Virus record (IMG/VR): IMGVR_UViG_3300046739_000271
Span: 1 to 47,573 of that record
From: a virus
Taxonomy: Duplodnaviria; Caudoviricetes
DNA: 47,573 nt
Reading direction: 5' to 3' (one strand)
This document shows positions 1 to 9,460 of the stretch, piece after piece. Every line of letters begins with the position of its first letter. Position 1 is the stretch's first letter. The notes beneath the pieces are model-generated. The model searched no databases, was not told where the DNA came from, and saw only the letters and a program-made list of their open reading frames with translations. Both the position numbers and the translations under genes were made by a program.

Positions 1-127
1 GGCGGCCCCCGGCCCTCCGTCGCTCAATCCCTGATCGTCCAGCGAATAGCGCAACCAGCCGCCCGGCGTCCCCACGGACTTGCGGTCACGATCCGGGGTG
101 GCGGGCCGCCAGCCGTTGGCGAGTCGC
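1..127. repeat. 127-bp terminal overlap, identical to 47447-47573 (circular assembly)
   Basis: The first 127 nt match the last 127 nt exactly, and an ORF reads through the junction. Confidence 0.97.
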
Positions 128-741
128 TTGTCTTTCAGAGGGTCGCACAGCCGGCAGCACGGCGGCCACAATCCCGGATCATCGCCCTCACGCAGCCGGC
201 CCCGCCGCCCGTCTCCACGACGCCGGTCGGCGTGTCTGTCGTCATCCAGCGTCTGGCTCAGACCGCCGCCCGGCGGCCCGGCTCCAAGGTCCTGGTGTTC
301 CGCTCTGGCGGTCAGCCCGGCGTGGGTCGTGGCGTTGTCGTCGCCCGGCAATCGCAGCCGGCGGCCCGGCGCCCGCAAGGCCGCGTCATCGCTCTGACGC
401 AGCCGATCCCGCCGCCGGTGCCGACCGCCCCAATCGGCGCGGCCCTGGTCGTCCAGCGGTTGGCGCAGATAGCGGCCCGGCGACCCGGCTCGAAGGTACT
501 CGCCATCCGGTCCGGTGGCCGACCCAGCACGGCGCGGCAAGTCACAGTTACCCGTCAGTCACAACTGGCGAGCCGGCGACCGCAGGGCCGGGTGATCGTT
601 GTCCCGCAACCGTTCGCCCCGCCGGCCCCGCCGCCGGTCCTGCCACCCGACTCCGGGAGCGGTCGGATGTATTGGGCGCAGAAACAACGATTGGAGCGGG
701 AGGCGGCGGACCTCGCGCTCATCCTGTCGCTGATGGACTGA
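1..741 (+). CDS. 3' part of junction-spanning repeat protein (QRxAQPAARRP repeats)
   Basis: Frame 1 is open from 1 to TGA 741 and contains ORF 232-741. Confidence 0.8.
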   Translation, partial: GGPRPSVAQSLIVQRIAQPAARRPHGLAVTIRGGGPPAVGESLVFQRVAQPAARRPQSRIIALTQPAPPPVSTTPVGVSVVIQRLAQTAARRPGSKVLVFRSGGQPGVGRGVVVARQSQPAARRPQGRVIALTQPIPPPVPTAPIGAALVVQRLAQIAARRPGSKVLAIRSGGRPSTARQVTVTRQSQLASRRPQGRVIVVPQPFAPPAPPPVLPPDSGSGRMYWAQKQRLEREAADLALILSLMD

Positions 742-744
742 GGC

Positions 745-765
745 CGGTCGCTAATTTCGGGTATG
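745..765 (+). promoter_or_regulatory. Late promoter motif copy 1 (CGGTCG CTAATTT CGGGT ATG)
   Basis: Six-copy motif with a TAnnnT hexamer 5 nt before the ATG and no SD. Confidence 0.75.
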
Positions 766-1233
766 GTTGATCGCACTGTTCTCGGCGGCTTGCTCGGCCC
801 ACAGTTGCCGCTGGGTGGCCTCCTCGGCGTGCAACGATACGGCACTTTCCGCGAGGAGGACCACCCACGCGGGCAGCCGGAGAACGCGGGCCAGTTTGCG
901 CCGGGCGGCGGTGACGACGTTGAGAATCATCCCCGCGTCAAGAAGGCCCGTAAGATCGTCGAGCGAACTCGCCTTCAACTCCGCGCGGCCGAGGATCGGC
1001 TCGACGCATCACTCGAACACATCCACCATTTGCGGACGGTTCTGGATGAGGCCACGGCCCACAAGGCGAGAACTCAAGCGGAGGCTGATCGGCTCAAGAC
1101 CGAAAGCGACAAGCGATTGGCCGATCTCAAGGCGCAATTGCAGGCATCCAAGGTGAGGCTGCGACAGATCAATCAGGAATTGGCAGATGGAGAGAACGTG
1201 AAGCCGCTCGGCGGTCTACTCGGCCCATCCTGA
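763..1233 (+). CDS. Probable head-associated/internal protein (HPR...GQF motif, coiled coil, PLGGLLG repeats)
   Basis: FREEDHPRGQPENAGQF motif of the type seen in phage head-region proteins; position just before the protease gene. Confidence 0.7.
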   Translation: MVDRTVLGGLLGPQLPLGGLLGVQRYGTFREEDHPRGQPENAGQFAPGGGDDVENHPRVKKARKIVERTRLQLRAAEDRLDASLEHIHHLRTVLDEATAHKARTQAEADRLKTESDKRLADLKAQLQASKVRLRQINQELADGENVKPLGGLLGPS

Positions 1234-1248
1234 CCTGTCTCGTCTGCG

Positions 1249-1269
1249 CGGTCTCTATGTTCGGGTATG
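1249..1269 (+). promoter_or_regulatory. Late promoter motif copy 2 (CGGTCT CTATGTT CGGGT ATG)
   Basis: Motif match directly abutting the start codon. Confidence 0.75.
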
Positions 1270-2487
1270 GCCGAGTGGATCACCGAAACGGGAATCCCCT
1301 GCTTCCGGCCCCACGTCCGGCGCGACCCTGACGGAACTGTCCTCTACGAAGTGACCGCCGCCGACCTGCCGGAAATCGCCCGGAACTCCGCGACGGTCAC
1401 GATCGAACTGCATGGCGACAAGCCACCGATCACCGAAGGACACCGCGACTTCGCCCCCGACGCGCGGGAAGAGGATCAGCCCCTCGTCCTCGGCTACATC
1501 GAAAATTTCCGCGTTGGCCAGCTTCCCGATGGTACGCCGGCCGTCCTGTGCGACCGCCGGTACATGGCGAAGTACGCCCAGCGTTACCAGCGGCATCCGT
1601 TCCCGTCGGTCGATTACATCCACGCCCGCCGGGCCATCGTCGGACTGGCGAAACTCACCCGGCCGCCGGCCCTCAACACCGGCGCGGTGTACTACCCGGG
1701 GACCAATGACCCCGTTTACGTCTACGCATTGGGGGCCGACATGCCGCTAGAGTCTGGCAAGTCCGAGAAGACGGTCGGCGACAACATCAAGACCGAAGAA
1801 GAGGCCGGCAAGCCCCCGAAGCAGGCCGAGGCCATCGCCGAACGCGTCGCCGGTAATCAAATGGGCGACCGGGAAACGCCGCCCCCCTCATCCGCCGGAC
1901 CCCCGGAACTGAGCCCCGAGGAAGTGGCCGGCAGCGAGAAGGTCTATCGCTACCTCTGCTCGAAGTACAAGTGGATGGGCGACGCGCACGCCAAGTACCA
2001 GGCCGAGAGCGCCGGCCAGGCGGCCGGAGCCGCGTACCCGCAAGGCGACAACACGCATATCGCGGTCGACGAGTCCATGAAGAAGAAGCCGAAGGAGGAG
2101 ACCGTGTCCAACGCCGCCGACGCCAGCCGCATTCAGAAGTACGAGGCGCAACTGGCCCAACTGATCCAGGAGCGTGAGGCGGACAAGGTCGGCCGCCTGC
2201 TCGACCAGTTGGAGCAGGTCGAGCGATACCAGTTCGATCGGGCCGCCGAAGAGAAGCGAATGGTCATCTTGACCCAAGAGGAGCGGGTCGCCCGGTGCGA
2301 AGAAATCCGCAAGTTCCACCAGCGGCTTCCCGGCGCCGACCGCATCGAAATCTATCGCGGCGAGGTCGGCAGCATCAAGCAGCAGACCACGAAGGAGATG
2401 GCGGACAAGGCGGTCAAGTACGCGACCAAGCACGGCCTCAGCTACGACGAGGCGCTGGTCAAGGTGAAGGCCGGCGCGGCGGCGTAA
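1267..2487 (+). CDS. Putative prohead protease/scaffold fusion (Mu I/Z-like)
   Basis: Lies before the capsid genes. N-terminal domain has EGH...PSVD...LTRPPAL; the C-terminus is charged and helical, ending SYDEAL. Confidence 0.7.
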   Translation: MAEWITETGIPCFRPHVRRDPDGTVLYEVTAADLPEIARNSATVTIELHGDKPPITEGHRDFAPDAREEDQPLVLGYIENFRVGQLPDGTPAVLCDRRYMAKYAQRYQRHPFPSVDYIHARRAIVGLAKLTRPPALNTGAVYYPGTNDPVYVYALGADMPLESGKSEKTVGDNIKTEEEAGKPPKQAEAIAERVAGNQMGDRETPPPSSAGPPELSPEEVAGSEKVYRYLCSKYKWMGDAHAKYQAESAGQAAGAAYPQGDNTHIAVDESMKKKPKEETVSNAADASRIQKYEAQLAQLIQEREADKVGRLLDQLEQVERYQFDRAAEEKRMVILTQEERVARCEEIRKFHQRLPGADRIEIYRGEVGSIKQQTTKEMADKAVKYATKHGLSYDEALVKVKAGAAA

Positions 2488-2499
2488 TCAGGAGCGAAC

Positions 2500-2877
2500 G
2501 TGACGACACCTGCACAGAACGCGGCAGACAAGGCGGCGGAAGCCTCCAAGGCCGCCGACGCCGCCAACATGCCCGTTCCGATCAACCAGGGCGATCTGGT
2601 CAAGGTGAAGACCGAATTCCTCCCCGCCGGTGCGACATCGGAAGTCATGCGGGTGGAGGAGTTCCACTACCTGCGCCTGCCCGTGTTCGATGAGGTCAAC
2701 CGAACGACGGTGGCGAGGTGTATGCGGCCGGACCCGCCGGCCGACCCGAAGAAGCCGAACACCGGGCCCGCGACGTTCAGTGATCCGAACCGGTACGAGA
2801 ACTGGCCGGTCCGGCAACTCGACTTTGTCGAGACGCCGAAGAAGGCCCCGCCGCCCGCGCCGGCGGCTCCGAAGTAG
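2500..2877 (+). CDS. Hypothetical protein
   Basis: GGAG SD and GTG start; tight operon packing. Confidence 0.7.
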   Translation: MTTPAQNAADKAAEASKAADAANMPVPINQGDLVKVKTEFLPAGATSEVMRVEEFHYLRLPVFDEVNRTTVARCMRPDPPADPKKPNTGPATFSDPNRYENWPVRQLDFVETPKKAPPPAPAAPK

Positions 2878-2928
2878 CGCGAACAGTGAACCGATGCCGG
2901 ATAACTACCGGCCTCAGGAGGTCAGGCG

Positions 2929-3345
2929 ATGGACGGGGGAAACTTCGGCAGGATCGGCGGTCCGTCATACGTTGCCGGCGCGACGATCGCACCATTCACC
3001 ATCGTCAAGCACAACACGACCCCGCGGCAGGTCATCCCGGCCGCCGCCGCGACCGACATCCTCGTCGGAATCGCCCAGCCGGGCCAGCTCGGCGCGCCGG
3101 GCGTGGCCGGGTCGAGTACGGTCATTGCCGCGACCGTCGGCCTCGCGATCGACGTCATCACCGGTCCGAACGTCGCCAAGGTGACGTTAGGCACCGGCGG
3201 CTGTACGGCGGGCGACCAGTTGACCTCCGACGCCAGCGGCAATGCCGTGACGGCCGTGGCAACCAATTACGTGATCGGCAAGGCGCTGGAGACGGGCAAC
3301 GCCGGTGACCTTGTGGACTGCTTCGTTTGGCCGGGCCGGTTCTAA
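2929..3345 (+). CDS. Capsid decoration/cement protein (DUF2190-like)
   Basis: Small G/A/V-rich protein with AGDQLTSDASGNAV...IGKALETG..GDLV, immediately before the major capsid gene. Confidence 0.75.
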   Translation: MDGGNFGRIGGPSYVAGATIAPFTIVKHNTTPRQVIPAAAATDILVGIAQPGQLGAPGVAGSSTVIAATVGLAIDVITGPNVAKVTLGTGGCTAGDQLTSDASGNAVTAVATNYVIGKALETGNAGDLVDCFVWPGRF

Positions 3346-3401
3346 CCGCCCGCTCATCTGCCCACCTTGCCGGATAATTACCGGCCATTGGAGACGTAGA
3401 A

Positions 3402-4472
3402 ATGGCAACCGGTCCCGGCTTCCCCCAGGGCAACAATACCTACGTCCCGCCGGACATCTCGGGCCGGCTCCGGATCGGGTTCAGCCGCAACCCGAAGGAC
3501 TTCCGCTTCCCGCGATACTGGCAGTATGTCGAGACTCCGTTCTCATCCGCGTACTACCTGCGCCTGACCACCCAGGAGGCCGGCCGCGTCATCAACACGA
3601 CCGACTTCGAGTGGCCGGACGGCGCCCCAGACCGGCTCATCGAGGACGGGACGGAAAGTCACAACTTCGTTCCGTTCACCACGGACCGGCGAAGTTACAA
3701 GTTCCGCATCGGCGACAAGGCGGCAAAGCAGGCCGCGTGGGACATCCTCGAACAGCACGCGACGATCAAGGCCGGGCAGTTAATGACCAGCCGGAGCGTC
3801 CGCGGTCTGACGGTGGCGACCACGGCCGCGAACTGGCAGGCATCCGGCGACACGGCGAACCTGTCGGTAGACCACACGGCCACGGCCACGTCCCTGGCCG
3901 GCGGCAAGTTCGACGTGGGCAGCAGCACCAGCCCATTCATCCGGATCGGGTTGGGCAAGGTCGCGGATATCGTCAACCAGGATACGCTGGGCGTGGTGAA
4001 TTGCGAACCCGGCAAGATGTTTTTGGTCATGAACCCGACCACGGCCCGGAGTATCGCCAAGAGTGCCGAGATCGTGGATTACATGAAGGGTTCGCCGCAC
4101 TCCTACCCGTCCCTTGCCGGGACGCTCTACTCGGACGCCGGCACCTACAACCTGCCGCCGGAACTGTTCGGTTACACCGTGATCGTGGAGAACGCGGTCC
4201 GCACGACCAACAAGAAGGGCGGGGCCAAGGCGGTCTCCTACTGCATCCCGAACGACAACATCCTCGTCGTCAGCCGCGTGGGCGGCCTGGACGGCATCTA
4301 CGGCGCCCCGTCGTTCTCCACCCTCACGATGTTCTGGTGGCAGGACGAACTCACCGTGGAAAGCAATCACATCGAGTGGGACCGGATGACGGTCGGCCGC
4401 TGCACGGAAGACACGTTCGAGGCCGTCACCTGCCCGGCCTCGGGCTACCTGATCACTGCCACGAGCAACTGA
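3402..4472 (+). CDS. Major capsid protein
   Basis: 356 aa, synteny, and a C-terminal PASGYLITA typical of HK97-fold capsids of this class. Confidence 0.8.
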   Translation: MATGPGFPQGNNTYVPPDISGRLRIGFSRNPKDFRFPRYWQYVETPFSSAYYLRLTTQEAGRVINTTDFEWPDGAPDRLIEDGTESHNFVPFTTDRRSYKFRIGDKAAKQAAWDILEQHATIKAGQLMTSRSVRGLTVATTAANWQASGDTANLSVDHTATATSLAGGKFDVGSSTSPFIRIGLGKVADIVNQDTLGVVNCEPGKMFLVMNPTTARSIAKSAEIVDYMKGSPHSYPSLAGTLYSDAGTYNLPPELFGYTVIVENAVRTTNKKGGAKAVSYCIPNDNILVVSRVGGLDGIYGAPSFSTLTMFWWQDELTVESNHIEWDRMTVGRCTEDTFEAVTCPASGYLITATSN

Positions 4473-4473
4473 C

Positions 4474-4905
4474 ATGCGTCGGGTTCTGGTCGCGACCGTG
4501 CTGCTCCTGGCCGCGCCGGCACTGGCCGGGGACGCGGTCCTGGTCGGCGACTCCGTCTATTACAAGGGGATTTCCCGGACCGTCGTGTCGGCCAACTTCA
4601 GCGTGGCACCGGCGGCGACGGATTCCGCATTCGTCGCGGCAGCCGGGGCCGGCCTCAAAATCTACGTCATCGGGTACGATCTGCACGCCGGGACCGCGGC
4701 GAGCACGTTTCAGTTCAATTCCAAGCCCGCCGGGGCCGGCACCGCGATCAGTCCGGTTTACCCGCAGATCGCGAGCGGTCAAAAGGTGGTCGGCCCGTAT
4801 GCGTTCCCGCTCTACTCGACCAACGCCAACGAGGGGCTGTCCATCACGACCGGGGCCGGCACGGGAAACAGCGTCGGGACGGCCTGGTACTTCATCGCCC
4901 CGTGA
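4474..4905 (+). CDS. Hypothetical beta-rich protein with N-terminal signal peptide
   Basis: MRRVLVATVLLLAAPALA: basic/hydrophobic stretch ending in AxA. Confidence 0.7.
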   Translation: MRRVLVATVLLLAAPALAGDAVLVGDSVYYKGISRTVVSANFSVAPAATDSAFVAAAGAGLKIYVIGYDLHAGTAASTFQFNSKPAGAGTAISPVYPQIASGQKVVGPYAFPLYSTNANEGLSITTGAGTGNSVGTAWYFIAP

Positions 4906-4917
4906 CCGGGAGCCGTC

Positions 4918-5484
4918 ATGTCTCAGACGGTTAACAGTTCGCTAACCGCCTATGCGCTGCCCACGGACCTGACCGATTTACGATCGTGGGTGGCCATCGC
5001 GGACCTGCTTGAAGACCCGAGCACGTCCACGGCGCTGCCCACCCGCACCTTGAACCGAGCCGCCGTCGAGGCTCATGCCCTTGTGGCCCGATCGCTCAAA
5101 TGGGCATCGAGCGAGATTGAGTCGGCGGTTACGGCCGGGCAGCGGTACGACCCGTTAGACCTCCAGGCGCTACTCGCCAGTTCGAGCGTGGGCGCGGAAC
5201 TCCTGAAGGGCTTGACGTGTGACCTGGCGTTCTGGTGGCTGACCAAGCGGCGGAAGACCGGGGCCAAGATTCAGGACATAGCCGGGTGCTGGGACGCTTT
5301 CGAGAAGCTGGACCGCCTGAAAGCTGGCGAGCGCATCTTCCCGTTCGCGGACGCTCAGTCGGCCGGCCTGCCGGAAGTCTCGCCCCTGGACGCCAACGGC
5401 GACGTGGTCCGGGATTCGGTACCGGTCACTCAGAACGCTTTCCGGATGTTCGGGTGCCGGGGGAGCCGCTGGAACTGGCAGTAA
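4918..5484 (+). CDS. Head-tail adaptor (Mu gp36/DUF1320-like)
   Basis: YALPTDL...ASSEIESAV..RY.PL...LTCDLAFWWL...A.EKL..LKAG pattern; follows the capsid gene. Confidence 0.7.
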   Translation: MSQTVNSSLTAYALPTDLTDLRSWVAIADLLEDPSTSTALPTRTLNRAAVEAHALVARSLKWASSEIESAVTAGQRYDPLDLQALLASSSVGAELLKGLTCDLAFWWLTKRRKTGAKIQDIAGCWDAFEKLDRLKAGERIFPFADAQSAGLPEVSPLDANGDVVRDSVPVTQNAFRMFGCRGSRWNWQ

Positions 5485-5495
5485 GGGGATGAGCG

Positions 5496-7439
5496 GTGGG
5501 GACCGAGGCCACCTACGGGGACGTGCGTTTTAGCTACGTCCGGACGGCCGATGTCCAGTCCGCCCCCCAACAGGACCCATCGGGCGTCGATCACGTCTAC
5601 ACGGCCCACACAATCGCACTAGAAGCGGTCATAGCGGCCGGTGATACCGGTGGCCCTTGGCTGCCCGGCGAGTTGCCAGCTGACACCCTATCCCGGCTCC
5701 AGCACAAGCTGGAAATCCCCCGCCGCCGGTTCACTTACAAAGTCGGCGGGCGCGTTCTGTACGACGTGACGGGCCAGATCGGCGACGGGGCCCGCGACGC
5801 CGACGAGATGATCGGACCGGTTCCCAAGGTCCACGGCATCAAGCGTGTCACCGATCAGACGTTTATCGTCACCTGGACTGTGACCGTTCACCTGCGCGGG
5901 TGCAAGGACGTCCGGCAGACGTTCGCCTCGCTGCGGTGGACGCAGACACATTCCCAGGACGAGGCCCAGTACAGCACGCTCCGCATGACCGGGCGGCTCC
6001 TGTGTACCCGATCGATGCTGGTCGGGTTGCAGTCGATTGACGACCTGCGGTGGGTGGTGACGCCGCCCGTCCCGCCCGATTTCATCCGCACGTCGAGCGA
6101 GTGGACGGTCCAGCCGGACGGCCTGGCGGCCGACTTCAGTTTCGTGGACGAGGAGCGCTACAACACGCCGCCGGCCGGCACGACGCGCATCCGCGGGCAC
6201 TTCATCCGCTCGACCAACAACTTTGGGGCCATGTACGTCGCCGAGGTCCGGGTCCGCCTGACCGGTAAAAAGGAGACGCCAAAGTCAACCTTGATGGGCA
6301 TGTGCGTCGCGGTGGCCCTGGATAAGTTGACCCGGGCGAATATCGCCACTCAGGACGGCAGCGTTCTCATCAAGGACGGCGTGTTCCTGGAGACGTTGGA
6401 GACGAACGAAGTTGAGGTCATGTTGCGGGCCATGTGCGCCAACACGCCCGCCCGCGACAACTCCAAGACGGTCGAGGCGATTGCCAACAATATCGGGGGG
6501 GCGCTGGCGGGCGGCTTCTTGCCGGTGATTCCTTTGATCACCGCAATCCTCGGGCTCTCCGCGCAAAAGGCGGCCGTTCAGCCCCCCAAGGACCCGGTCA
6601 AGCCGCCGGGAATTGCCGGGCTCAATACCGCTCAGTTCTCCGGCATCTTGCCCGGCTGTTCCGTCCCGCCCCAGCCGGACGGAAGCTACGTCCCCGGCGC
6701 CGGCATCGCGCCGGAACTATACGGGCACCTGAAGCAACTCCGACTTCTGGCCGCCGCCTTTAATGACCCGTGCCTGACGCAATCGGTATTGCGGGCGAGC
6801 CGCAAGCCGGATACCGAAGCCCTGTCTACCCGCACCAACGACGGGACGCCTTACATACCCGGCAGCGTACAACAGGCCATTTCGCCCACGCTCAAGCCGA
6901 AGCCTTTGGACCCGACCACGGCAACCGTCAAGGTAGTCGCCAGTATTCCCGCCCGCTTGGTCTCGCCCGGTGCGCTCAACTATGACGGGCCGGGCGTCTG
7001 GGAAGAGTTCGCCTGCGAGATGCACTACGACTACCAGACGTCGAGGACAGTCCTGCCGCGGACCGTCTCCGGCCTGCCCGGCGCGGTCGTGCAGGGTTGG
7101 AACGATACTTGTGACCTGCACGTCACCTGGACGGCAACCAAATCGGGCACGAAGCCGACCGTACCTTCGTGGAGCGATTCGGCTGACGGTAATCTGATCT
7201 GTACGGCCCACCCGATCACGACCGACGAGGTTGAGTTAGGGCCGGACGGCGAGTCCCTGACATACACGATCGGCGGCCGCTACAGTTACTCGTTCGTGGA
7301 CGTGAGCAAGGCGGACATTCGCAACGCGATCCCGCCCTGGCTGGCCATCAACGGGGCAAACCTCGATCCGTACCCGGCGACGACCACGGTCATTCAGGGG
7401 GTGCAGTCGACGAGCACCCTGCGCAGTCAACAAAAGTAA
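5496..7439 (+). CDS. Large putative virion structural protein
   Basis: 647-aa ORF in the structural operon, beta-strand rich; no family recognised. Confidence 0.7.
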   Translation: MGTEATYGDVRFSYVRTADVQSAPQQDPSGVDHVYTAHTIALEAVIAAGDTGGPWLPGELPADTLSRLQHKLEIPRRRFTYKVGGRVLYDVTGQIGDGARDADEMIGPVPKVHGIKRVTDQTFIVTWTVTVHLRGCKDVRQTFASLRWTQTHSQDEAQYSTLRMTGRLLCTRSMLVGLQSIDDLRWVVTPPVPPDFIRTSSEWTVQPDGLAADFSFVDEERYNTPPAGTTRIRGHFIRSTNNFGAMYVAEVRVRLTGKKETPKSTLMGMCVAVALDKLTRANIATQDGSVLIKDGVFLETLETNEVEVMLRAMCANTPARDNSKTVEAIANNIGGALAGGFLPVIPLITAILGLSAQKAAVQPPKDPVKPPGIAGLNTAQFSGILPGCSVPPQPDGSYVPGAGIAPELYGHLKQLRLLAAAFNDPCLTQSVLRASRKPDTEALSTRTNDGTPYIPGSVQQAISPTLKPKPLDPTTATVKVVASIPARLVSPGALNYDGPGVWEEFACEMHYDYQTSRTVLPRTVSGLPGAVVQGWNDTCDLHVTWTATKSGTKPTVPSWSDSADGNLICTAHPITTDEVELGPDGESLTYTIGGRYSYSFVDVSKADIRNAIPPWLAINGANLDPYPATTTVIQGVQSTSTLRSQQK

Positions 7440-7448
7440 GGGGACACC

Positions 7449-7961
7449 ATGCCCGTACCCGCCGGACAAGCGTACCACGTCAACGGCCCGGCCCTCATCT
7501 ACGTCGGTCCCCAGGGAGTCAGCGCCGGATTGACCCAACTCGGCATGACCGAGGACGGCGCGGACATCACGATCCGGTACAGCGATGCCCCGATCATGAC
7601 CGACGCGGGCGGCGCCAGCATCCCGGCCGAACTCCAGGACATGGGTCGGGAAGGCGAAGTCGGCCTGCGCCTTCCCTTGTATGACGACAAGGTCTTGCGC
7701 TCGGTTCTGGAGAGGCGGTCGGCCGCCGGCTTGGAAGGGCAGGACTCCGTTCCGGGCGGCCTAATCTTTCAAAGCAATCTCGGGTTCCGCATGGTCATCG
7801 ACTCCTTGAACGAGGACCCGTATCGCTTTTTCTTCTGCACGATCCGTGGGGCCGCGTCGACCAAGATCGGCACCCGGCGGACACTCTGGAGCCTGACGAT
7901 TTACGCCGGGCGGCCGGTCAATCAGGGCGGCTACAAGTTGTTCGACCGCCGAAAGGGGTGA
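7449..7961 (+). CDS. Putative tail tube protein
   Basis: GPALIYVG...LGMTEDGADI pattern; precedes the chaperone and tape-measure-like genes. Confidence 0.6.
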   Translation: MPVPAGQAYHVNGPALIYVGPQGVSAGLTQLGMTEDGADITIRYSDAPIMTDAGGASIPAELQDMGREGEVGLRLPLYDDKVLRSVLERRSAAGLEGQDSVPGGLIFQSNLGFRMVIDSLNEDPYRFFFCTIRGAASTKIGTRRTLWSLTIYAGRPVNQGGYKLFDRRKG

Positions 7962-7963
7962 GC

Positions 7964-8455
7964 ATGTTCGCGTGGCTGCGCAGGCTGATGGGGAGAGAAC
8001 GGCGCATCTTCCGCTACTTCGACGGCCGGGAATATCGCTGGGCCGACCCGCTCGTCATCCACCGGTCTCTCGCCCGCGCCGGCGATTGGTTCGCCCTCAT
8101 CGGCAGTCTCAAGGCGGCCAGCCAGTTCGGGGCCGACCGGCTGGGGCCGGAACTGGCAGCCAAGGCACTCAACACCGATGCGGTGATCGAGGAGTTGGCC
8201 GGGATCGTCCGGACCGCGTTCGAGATCGAACCGGTTCACACGGCGGGGGGCCGGCCGGCCGGCCTGTCGGACTTTGAGTGCCTGGAATTGCTGACGGCCT
8301 TCGTCGGGTGGTTGAAGGACGTGGAGGCCGAGAACCTCCCTTTATCGAAGCGGCCGAGTGCCTCCCCGGCCTCGCACCCGGCCGACTCCGATACCGGGGA
8401 GTGGTCGCTCTCGCCATCGCCCGCCCCCGAATCCGCCGTGCCCATGCCGAAGTAA
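7964..8455 (+). CDS. Putative tail assembly chaperone (0-frame product)
   Basis: Lies between the tube and tape-measure-like genes; contains in-frame slippery C CCT TTA at 8338-8344. Confidence 0.65.
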   Translation: MFAWLRRLMGRERRIFRYFDGREYRWADPLVIHRSLARAGDWFALIGSLKAASQFGADRLGPELAAKALNTDAVIEELAGIVRTAFEIEPVHTAGGRPAGLSDFECLELLTAFVGWLKDVEAENLPLSKRPSASPASHPADSDTGEWSLSPSPAPESAVPMPK

Positions 8456-8517
8456 TGGCCGAGGGGATCGCGCTGGCATTCGCGCCGGCAAAGACGTCCG
8501 CCCCGCCGGAGCCCTGA
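8338..8517 (+). CDS. -1 frameshift extension of tail chaperone (G-T type)
   Basis: X XXY YYZ heptamer CCCTTTA; the -1 frame is open to TGA 8517, ending just before the next ATG (8519). Confidence 0.6.
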   Translation, partial: PFIEAAECLPGLAPGRLRYRGVVALAIARPRIRRAHAEVMAEGIALAFAPAKTSAPPEP

Positions 8518-8518
8518 C

Positions 8519-9460
8519 ATGCCCGTCAACGCCGAAGACATCAAAGAGGCCCTGGACCGATTGTCCAAGGCCCTGGAGGCTCAGGCTCAGCGGAAGGAGA
8601 AGGACCGGCAAGAGAAGGACCAGAAGGCGCAGGAACGCAAGCAGGAGCAGGAACAGAGGCGTCGCGAGCGCGACCAACAGGCTCGGGACAACAAACTCGC
8701 CCGCCTGGCGGAGAAAGAGGACGAGCCGACATTCGACCCGAACACGACGTTGGGCAAGTTGGAATCGGCCTACGGCAAGTACAAGAAGTTCCGGGAGGAG
8801 TACCGGGAAGCCAAATCGGGCGACCACCCCTTCAAGACCCTCGGCAAACTCTTCGGCCGTGGTGGTGGTGAGGCAGGCGCCGGCGAGGGGGGCGAAGCCG
8901 CGGGCGGTGCTGCCGAAGGGGCGAGCGGCGCCGCAGGCGGCGCGGCCGGGGCCGCGGGAATCGTCGTGGCCGCCTTCGTGGCCGTGTACGAGTACGGCAA
9001 AGCGTTAATTAAGTTCCGTAATTGGGTCGACAAGACGACCGATGCTTTGGTTGCGTTCAATCGAGAGTTTGCCGAGGCGTCCCCGTCGATGGCCGCGGTC
9101 ATGGCCCGCCGGGACGTGCAGGAACTGTTCCGCGACCGTCGCAAGGGTGAGGCCCTTGCCGAGTCCGCCGAATACCTGACCGGAGCCGAGCAACGACGCA
9201 AGGACTCCGAGGCCCCTCTGGTAGTTCTGTTTACCGATTGGAAGAATCGGGCGCTCGGGATCGGTAACGACGTGGTCGCCGGCATGGCGAAGCAGCTGAA
9301 CGCGCTCTTGGGACTGTCGGAGGACTTTGAGAAAGGCAAGGAGGTCGGGTTGGCCGCGGAACTGGAAAAGGTCGCCGCCGCGAACCGCCAACGGCTGGCC
9401 GACGAACGGGCCCGGCTCGACCGGATCAAGCAACAGCCGAACGGGGCCCGGCGGTTCTAG
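8519..9460 (+). CDS. Short tape-measure-like protein
   Basis: Helical and charged with a Gly/Ala-rich hydrophobic segment; follows the chaperone. Confidence 0.55.
   Translation: MPVNAEDIKEALDRLSKALEAQAQRKEKDRQEKDQKAQERKQEQEQRRRERDQQARDNKLARLAEKEDEPTFDPNTTLGKLESAYGKYKKFREEYREAKSGDHPFKTLGKLFGRGGGEAGAGEGGEAAGGAAEGASGAAGGAAGAAGIVVAAFVAVYEYGKALIKFRNWVDKTTDALVAFNREFAEASPSMAAVMARRDVQELFRDRRKGEALAESAEYLTGAEQRRKDSEAPLVVLFTDWKNRALGIGNDVVAGMAKQLNALLGLSEDFEKGKEVGLAAELEKVAAANRQRLADERARLDRIKQQPNGARRF

Noticed and set aside
3305-4945. 546-aa alternative-frame ORF over the capsid gene
   Set aside because: Arg/Gly/Pro-rich shadow frame typical of high-GC DNA.
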